Of a DNA stretch of 64,000 bases, positions 58,840 through 64,000 are shown in pieces; position 1 is the stretch's first letter; every line of letters starts with the position of its first letter. The translations under genes were made by a program, and so were the position numbers. Where the stretch lies: IMG/VR virus record IMGVR_UViG_3300044614_002617, positions 1-64,000 of that record, one strand, 5' to 3'. This DNA is from a virus. The notes beneath the pieces were generated by a model, which saw only the letters and a program-made list of their open reading frames with translations, was not told the origin of the DNA and did no database searches.

Positions 58840-59094
58840 ATGCAGGACATAACAATAAGTCTCACGGAAACCGAGTTCAAAGCGTTGAATGTGGCAGCTC
58901 TTTCGCCTCAAGAGTGGGCTAAAAACGCCGTCAAGAGCCGTGCCCAAATCGCGATCGATGAAATTGTTCAATTGTGTGTCGCAAAAAGTCTTGAAGAACA
59001 GGTACAGATTCCTAGTTCCAAAGAAGAAATTGTAGACTTGGCAATCGCTAAGGGATGGGTTAAGATAGCTTCATCGGAGGTGTCAAATGGCTGA
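58840..59094 (+). CDS. Small fibre-associated protein
   Basis: 'ITISLTETE.KAL...PQEW..NA...RA..AIDEI' pattern. AGGAG RBS. Confidence 0.55.
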   Translation: MQDITISLTETEFKALNVAALSPQEWAKNAVKSRAQIAIDEIVQLCVAKSLEEQVQIPSSKEEIVDLAIAKGWVKIASSEVSNG

Positions 59095-59482
59095 TTTAAG
59101 TACAATTGCTACGGCTGGTAGAGATTTTCAAGATGGTGGATTTAAAATCAATTATGGCGTATATAGCCCTACCGTAACTACCGTTTCTGGAATTGCAAAC
59201 GCAAATTTTGGCAACTCCTTTAGAGATATGAGAACTGGGAACAGAACCATTAATGTTCATAATCTCAAAGATGGACAATCTTTAACAATTTTGGTTCAGG
59301 GCGCACTGAACAATGTTATTACAATAGCTGTGTTTAGCGATGCGGGAGTCACTTCCGTTCCCGTAAAATACGGAGCAGGACAAAGCGGCACCATGGCATC
59401 CGCCTACTCGCTTTTTACCGTTTATCGTGTTGGGGGGGATTTAAATTTTGCAGTGATTGGGCCAATTCACGGGATATCGTAA
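59087..59482 (+). CDS. Small beta-rich virion protein
   Basis: GGAGG RBS. Located in the fibre cluster. Confidence 0.55.
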   Translation: MADLSTIATAGRDFQDGGFKINYGVYSPTVTTVSGIANANFGNSFRDMRTGNRTINVHNLKDGQSLTILVQGALNNVITIAVFSDAGVTSVPVKYGAGQSGTMASAYSLFTVYRVGGDLNFAVIGPIHGIS

Positions 59483-59483
59483 T

Positions 59484-60878
59484 ATGTTTTTTAATAATGC
59501 CGTTGGTGTGCTAGCAACACAAAAAGCAACTGAAACAGAAGAAAAAATTACATCTTCTATAACAAAAACAATGACATCCGCATACGTACCTCAAAGTATT
59601 AAAGTTTGGGGCACTGGCGGGGGAGCCGGTGGAGCCAATGGAGCAAATGGGGCAAATGGTAATACCGGCGGCTCAGGAGTAAACGGAGGTACCGGTATAG
59701 CTGGATCCGGAGACAGCGGAGGTCGTGGCTGGTCGAGCGGCGGATACGGTTACGGTGGAGCCGGCGGAGCTGGCGGAGCCGCTGGCAACGGAGGAGCAGG
59801 CGGAGCCGGTGGAGCAGGCGGAGCAGGCGGTGGAAAAGGATCCGGAAATTTAAATAATTACATTTCTGAAAATTACAATACATATGATTTTTTTTCTGAT
59901 TTTATTGGCGGGGTTGATATCGCAATTGTTGTTGGAAACGGAGGGAACGCTCAAACAAACGGAAGTTCATCTGGCCTAAGTGTTAATGGGGTTCAAAAAA
60001 TTATGTATTCAGGTGGGCTCATAAACCAATCACCTGGAACGCCGGGAGCAAACGGAACAAACGGTACGGCTGGCAGCGGCGGAGCCGGTGGAGCCGGGGG
60101 TGCGCTCGTCGGAGGATCTGGAGTAAATGGCGGAGGCGCAGGAGGAGGAAGTGGCGGAGCTGGTGGCAGCGGACGAGGAGCCGGTGGAACCGGGGGCGCC
60201 GGTGGGATTGGTGGAAGCAAGAACATTGGTTTCGTCTTAAATGGTATAGAATACGGAACCGGGGGCGCCGGTGGTAACGGGGGCGCCGGTGGTAACGGTG
60301 GAATTGGTGGACTTGGTGGAAATGGCGGAAATGGCGGAAATGGTTATGGAGGGGGAGGCGGAGGACAGTCTGTTTATCAAACAGACTTTTGGTACTCTTA
60401 CGCTGGAAACTCCGGAGGTTGGGGCTGGGGCGGCGGCGGCGGTAGCGGGGCGGCTGATATCTTCGCAGCTTTACCTGGAGGAAACGGAGGCTCTTCGGTA
60501 AATGGATACAGTGGAGGAGCCGGAGGTGTGCTTCCGCCTAGTAGTTATGGAGGGGGAAGCGGAGGCGGCGGCGGTGCCGGCTCCGGCGGAAATGGCGGTG
60601 GCGGTGGCGTTGGGTATTATTCAGGAGATGTGTACTATCCGGGCGGCGGAGGCGGCGGTGGCTGGGGCGGCGGAGGAAATGGCGGACGAGGGCAAGGATA
60701 TTTGGGGCCATACTCCGGGGGCTCAGAAAGCGGCTATGGCGGAAGCGGTGGAGGATACGGAGGAGCAGGCGGAGCCGGGGGTGCTTCTGGTGGGGCAGGA
60801 ACATCCGGAACTGCCGGTCAAGCTGGACAAGCTGGCAAAAATGGCATAATAATTATTAGATATAAAGTGTTTGAGTAG
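59484..60878 (+). CDS. Glycine-rich (GGxGGx) adhesin-like protein
   Basis: Extensive GGAGGAGG/GGNGG runs interspersed with aromatic loops. C-terminal 'GIIIIRY'. Confidence 0.7.
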   Translation: MFFNNAVGVLATQKATETEEKITSSITKTMTSAYVPQSIKVWGTGGGAGGANGANGANGNTGGSGVNGGTGIAGSGDSGGRGWSSGGYGYGGAGGAGGAAGNGGAGGAGGAGGAGGGKGSGNLNNYISENYNTYDFFSDFIGGVDIAIVVGNGGNAQTNGSSSGLSVNGVQKIMYSGGLINQSPGTPGANGTNGTAGSGGAGGAGGALVGGSGVNGGGAGGGSGGAGGSGRGAGGTGGAGGIGGSKNIGFVLNGIEYGTGGAGGNGGAGGNGGIGGLGGNGGNGGNGYGGGGGGQSVYQTDFWYSYAGNSGGWGWGGGGGSGAADIFAALPGGNGGSSVNGYSGGAGGVLPPSSYGGGSGGGGGAGSGGNGGGGGVGYYSGDVYYPGGGGGGGWGGGGNGGRGQGYLGPYSGGSESGYGGSGGGYGGAGGAGGASGGAGTSGTAGQAGQAGKNGIIIIRYKVFE

Positions 60879-60896
60879 AAACTAGAATACAAAAAT

Positions 60897-60925
60897 TTGA
60901 CTTTAAAAAAACTGTTTTGTAAAAT
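60897..60925 (+). promoter_or_regulatory. sigma70-type promoter TTGACT-N17-TAAAAT
   Basis: Intergenic, followed by a GGAGG RBS and 60944. Confidence 0.6.
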
Positions 60926-60943
60926 TTTTTTGGAGGTTCTTAT

Positions 60944-61678
60944 ATGTCAGATATTATTGTAAGAAATGCTGGCACAGCCGTTTCTACTATTCTAGAAACA
61001 ATTAAGCCAATGTCGGTCATCAAAAAAGAAGATCAGCAGTTTCTTGTTGAGCATAAAGAGCATTTTGCTCAGGTATTTGAAAAAACGCACATCTGGAGAA
61101 CAGACACACAAAAGCTTTCAATTGTTTCGGATAGCTATCACCCAACTCTACACTCTAAGTTTCATCAAGCAATTCTAGAACAAAAAGTTCAATTAGACCA
61201 GACTTTCTATTTGGCAAAAGATTTTGAAATGAAAAAAATTGAAATTGAAGAACTAATGCTAGATCTAGAGGATCTGGGCGATACCGCTAGGGACGAACTT
61301 AAAAGACGTAAATTTGAAATTGAACTTCAGTTTAAAAAGTATGAACTAGATCAAATGGTTATTTCCATGAATTATAGAATGGCGGAAGTAAAAGGTTGGC
61401 AAAAAATTCAAGAAGATCTTTTAATTAAACTGCGAGAATCGGGAATGGACGAGGAAACAATTTGGAGCAAAGACGCTGGAGAGGTGGAGTCAATGTTCTT
61501 TGGTACACTTACTCGCTTGCAGGGTCTGGCCAAAACAACGGACGGTGCCGAAGCAAATAACCTAATAGCTTTGGCTCAGTTTTACGTACAAAAAGTTCAA
61601 GAAAGTGGAAGACTTCCGGAATTAAAAAAGAAATGCAATAAGGCTCAACTGGACTCTCTTAAATTTTTAGGATATTAA
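60944..61678 (+). CDS. Coiled-coil hypothetical protein
   Basis: 244 aa, 'WRT...PT..SKF.QA..EQ' pattern. Confidence 0.6.
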   Translation: MSDIIVRNAGTAVSTILETIKPMSVIKKEDQQFLVEHKEHFAQVFEKTHIWRTDTQKLSIVSDSYHPTLHSKFHQAILEQKVQLDQTFYLAKDFEMKKIEIEELMLDLEDLGDTARDELKRRKFEIELQFKKYELDQMVISMNYRMAEVKGWQKIQEDLLIKLRESGMDEETIWSKDAGEVESMFFGTLTRLQGLAKTTDGAEANNLIALAQFYVQKVQESGRLPELKKKCNKAQLDSLKFLGY

Positions 61679-61681
61679 TAT

Positions 61682-61708
61682 TAAAGTTCTTGCAACAAAA
61701 GACGATAA
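61682..61708 (+). promoter_or_regulatory. sigma28/FliA-type promoter TAAA-N15-GACGATAA
   Basis: Canonical spacing, followed by GGGAGGTTCTCATG (ATG 61736). Confidence 0.75.
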
Positions 61709-61735
61709 GATTTATGGTAAGCATGGGAGGTTCTC

Positions 61736-61804
61736 ATGCTTATTAGCTTTTTTTTAATTATTTTGATGGCTTACGTATTCGCCAGAACAGGGAGAACTTT
61801 ATGA
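61736..61804 (+). CDS. 22-aa hydrophobic peptide
   Basis: Read manually. Strong RBS and ATGA overlap with 61801. Confidence 0.4.
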   Translation: MLISFFLIILMAYVFARTGRTL

Positions 61805-61989
61805 AAATGATTTATACACTAATGGATTACGAAAACGGTAAACTAAACGCAGAAGAAACAATTAAATTGTTTCAGAATTTGATTGACAGTGGGCTTATTT
61901 TTGGTCTGCAGGGTCATTATTTGGAAGTAGCTAGAGATTTGGTAGAAGCTGGCTTGGTTAATCTCACAACTGCTGACATTGAGGAGTGA
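61801..61989 (+). CDS. Conserved small phage protein
   Basis: 'YENG.L...E.I.LFQ.LIDSG....LQGHY...A..L..AG' pattern. Confidence 0.6.
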   Translation: MKMIYTLMDYENGKLNAEETIKLFQNLIDSGLIFGLQGHYLEVARDLVEAGLVNLTTADIEE

Positions 61990-61991
61990 TT

Positions 61992-62144
61992 ATGGTAATG
62001 GAAATGTTTGTTAATAGAATTTTAAATATCTTGCTAAATAAAAATACACTTATTCATACAACAAAAGAAATAGCAGAAGCTCAAAACATGGCTCGCCGAG
62101 CAATTGCTACCTATGAGGCGGTTGTTACAGGGAATATCTTATGA
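61992..62144 (+). CDS. 50-aa hypothetical protein
   Basis: Read manually. GAGGAG RBS and ATGA overlap with the next ORF. Confidence 0.45.
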   Translation: MVMEMFVNRILNILLNKNTLIHTTKEIAEAQNMARRAIATYEAVVTGNIL

Positions 62145-62305
62145 CCAATAAGCATGATGACGAAGAGGGTCGTCCACCAGAAACATTAAATGAAGCTCTG
62201 ATGTTTCTGGCCTACCACACAGGAATGTTTGCTTTAAAAGTGGCAGCTATTATTGCTGTCTGGGTTATGTTAGTAGACCTTTTAAGAAGCCTTATGATGC
62301 CCTAG
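62141..62305 (+). CDS. 54-aa membrane protein
   Basis: Read manually. C-terminal hydrophobic helix. Confidence 0.45.
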   Translation: MTNKHDDEEGRPPETLNEALMFLAYHTGMFALKVAAIIAVWVMLVDLLRSLMMP

Positions 62306-62314
62306 GGAGTTTTT

Positions 62315-62653
62315 ATGCTTAACATTATTATTATAGCTGGTATTGTTTTAGGTGGCATGTCTCTTTCCGCTGCAAAAAGAAAGCCATTGCCTGTAGGCAG
62401 CTGCATTGCCGATAAGTTACTCTGTAATGCAAACGACCCTAATCTTGATCCATGGCAAGTCGAGTGTTACAACGGCGCATTGCTGAGAATCGAGGCGGTC
62501 GGAAAGCATTCTTACAAAACGGGTTGCGTTGAAGAAACTTTTCATTGTAAAGGATTTGTTTCTTTTAGAGACGCAAGAGATTTTTTCTTTCCGATTGAAT
62601 GTCCACCCAAGGTGATGCGTCTTCGTAATTCCGTTCCGCTTCCAAAGGAGTAA
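62315..62653 (+). CDS. Exported Cys-rich protein, related to the 23456 lipoprotein
   Basis: Signal/TM N-terminus and 'VGSCI...RIEAVG..SY...ECP'. Confidence 0.55.
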   Translation: MLNIIIIAGIVLGGMSLSAAKRKPLPVGSCIADKLLCNANDPNLDPWQVECYNGALLRIEAVGKHSYKTGCVEETFHCKGFVSFRDARDFFFPIECPPKVMRLRNSVPLPKE

Positions 62654-62656
62654 GCA

Positions 62657-62842
62657 ATGCCACAAACACTGATCTTGCTGACTTGTGTAATGGTGTTACT
62701 AGCTTGTTTACTTTATGTTGCCGACATGGCAAATAATTTTGTTGACACAGCGACTCAAATTTATTGCGAGCAACGAGCTGATTTTAGTAAATGCTCTCAA
62801 GAATTTAAAGAAAAAATGTCAACTCTGATGAAAAGGCACTAA
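62657..62842 (+). CDS. Small membrane-anchored protein
   Basis: N-terminal TM helix. AAGGAG RBS. Confidence 0.5.
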   Translation: MPQTLILLTCVMVLLACLLYVADMANNFVDTATQIYCEQRADFSKCSQEFKEKMSTLMKRH

Positions 62843-62856
62843 TTCTACGGTTTTTT

Positions 62857-63036
62857 ATGTCTCTAAATATTAAAAAGCTCAGAGAGCAAATAATTCTAAC
62901 AAAAGAAGGCGATGACTATGTCGCCACTCACCCTTCTCATCCTACACTTTCTGTTTGTGCACCGACAATTTTTGAAGCAGAGCAAGAAATCTTACAATAT
63001 GTTATGTATATGATTTTACTAGAAAATATAAAATAA
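62857..63036 (+). CDS. 59-aa HicB-like antitoxin N-terminal domain (below ORF-track cutoff)
   Basis: Read manually. 'IILTKEGDDYVATHPSHPTLSVCAPTIFEAEQEI' matches the HicB beta-beta-P..P-beta-T..EA pattern. The RBS is weak. Confidence 0.5.
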   Translation: MSLNIKKLREQIILTKEGDDYVATHPSHPTLSVCAPTIFEAEQEILQYVMYMILLENIK

Positions 63037-63104
63037 AAGTTTATATTTTCTGCTTTTGATTACATTCTGTGTAATCGTTAACAGAAAATACAAACCCAAG
63101 AAGT

Positions 63105-63557
63105 TCAAATCGGATTTGACATTTTTTGAATCAGACTAAGCGTTGTTTTAGCTCTGTAAATTTCGTATTTTTTACCCTCGATTGAGCATCTTTTCTCATC
63201 CTTGTGCATTGCAGCCTTAACTTGTTTTACCTCTTCTTCAATCTCAGGAGAATAGTTTTTGCCGTCCTCTAGCAGCACTTTTACGTAAACAGTAACCATA
63301 TCGTTACTTAAAGCGGCCACTGTTAGATAAGGTGCCCCAAGGGTTACGTTTGTTTTACTAGTAACCGCTGAACCAAGAGCATTTGCCATTTCGCTGGGAG
63401 AAAGCAATACAACTCCTAATGCGTCGGACGCTTTGGTTAGCTCAGCCACTTCATCAACGCAAGACGTTGTTGGCTCTTCAAGAATTTTATTAATAGCCAA
63501 ACCACTTAATGTTATTACCGCCGCTGCTGCCAAACCAAACTTTGTTACTCTTTTCAT
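63105..63557 (-). CDS. Membrane-anchored exported protein
   Basis: N-terminal signal/TM segment. AGGAGG RBS. Confidence 0.6.
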   Translation of the reverse strand: MKRVTKFGLAAAAVITLSGLAINKILEEPTTSCVDEVAELTKASDALGVVLLSPSEMANALGSAVTSKTNVTLGAPYLTVAALSNDMVTVYVKVLLEDGKNYSPEIEEEVKQVKAAMHKDEKRCSIEGKKYEIYRAKTTLSLIQKMSNPI

Positions 63558-63847
63558 TACTCACCTCCTGTTTCATTATCGTATTTTTTATTAGAAACTT
63601 TAATATTTTCTTTATCGTCGCCATTCCACTCTTTTTTTACATGCTCATCTAATTTAGGCTTGTGTTTCAGCGGATAGTAATGATTTGTAATTACGTTCAG
63701 CACCATGGCTACATGCTGAGCTTTAAAACCTTCAGGCAATTTACTTGCCAGCTCTTCAGTTAAGTGATCAAAACATAATTTTTTTGAAAACATTGGAGTA
63801 ACCATCGCGTCGCATTTTTTGCATTTTTGCCACCGCTCATTTTCCAT
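63557..63847 (-). CDS. Small protein with N-terminal CxxC...CxxH zinc finger
   Basis: 'CKKC...LCFDH'. AGGAG RBS. Confidence 0.55.
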   Translation of the reverse strand: MENERWQKCKKCDAMVTPMFSKKLCFDHLTEELASKLPEGFKAQHVAMVLNVITNHYYPLKHKPKLDEHVKKEWNGDDKENIKVSNKKYDNETGGE

Positions 63848-64000
63848 AAGTCTCCTAATTAAAAAAAGATTTCTTCAAACTCTTCATAATCTTTTTCAAA
63901 AATTCGCATAGTCTTATCTTTGTCAGAAATAGCTTTTAAGATGGGGGTTTTGCCCACATTATCTATTTCCGTAAAAATCCACTTAGTTCTGGTGGACTTA

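Noticed and set aside
59599-60849. High-GC segment and overlapping ORFs suggesting a foreign insertion or overprinted genes
   Set aside because: Explained by the GGN/GCN codons of the Gly-rich protein. The alternative ORFs are low-complexity shadows.
62389-62415. Perfect GCCGATAA octamer
   Set aside because: It is inside a CDS with no matching -35 element.
1-64000. Stop-codon reassignment
   Set aside because: Genes are long and densely packed under the standard code, and TAA, TAG and TGA all terminate genes at sensible boundaries.

Overview
The whole window looks like part of a large tailed-phage genome of the myovirus type. It uses the standard genetic code, and I saw no host housekeeping genes, integrase, rRNA, tRNA or CRISPR array. 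1-18.9 kb is a contractile-tail module: the tape-measure C-terminus, hub, spike, gp25-like wedge, a giant 2332-aa baseplate-J protein, a second wedge protein and a fibre-attachment protein. The packaging and head genes (putative TerS, TerL, HNH, portal, MuF-like protein, prohead protease) are scattered over 19-50 kb and separated by islands of small accessory genes. A 1966-aa coiled-coil fibre sits between TerL and portal, and a C1q-tipped fibre/adhesin cluster with a Gly-rich protein occupies 51-61 kb. Accessory genes include glpX coupled to TerL, a Mom-like DNA-modification enzyme, three glycosyltransferase-like proteins, an SF2 helicase and several lipoproteins. The most notable patterns read from the sequence are four. 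(1) Seven sigma28/FliA-type promoter matches (TAAA-N15/16-NNCGA(T/A)A(A/G)-like) head the accessory islands, while sigma70-type promoters head structural genes. (2) Three orphan antitoxin-like toxin-binding domains (Xre/MbcA/ParS-C, a DUF1778-like tail and HicB-N) lie in those islands. (3) A gene array is joined by a repeated junction that encodes WEPE in one frame and serves as the RBS of the next gene. (4) There are paralogous Kazal-like, metalloprotease/pseudo-protease and SH3-like exported proteins. All family assignments come from motif recognition by eye, not from database searches.
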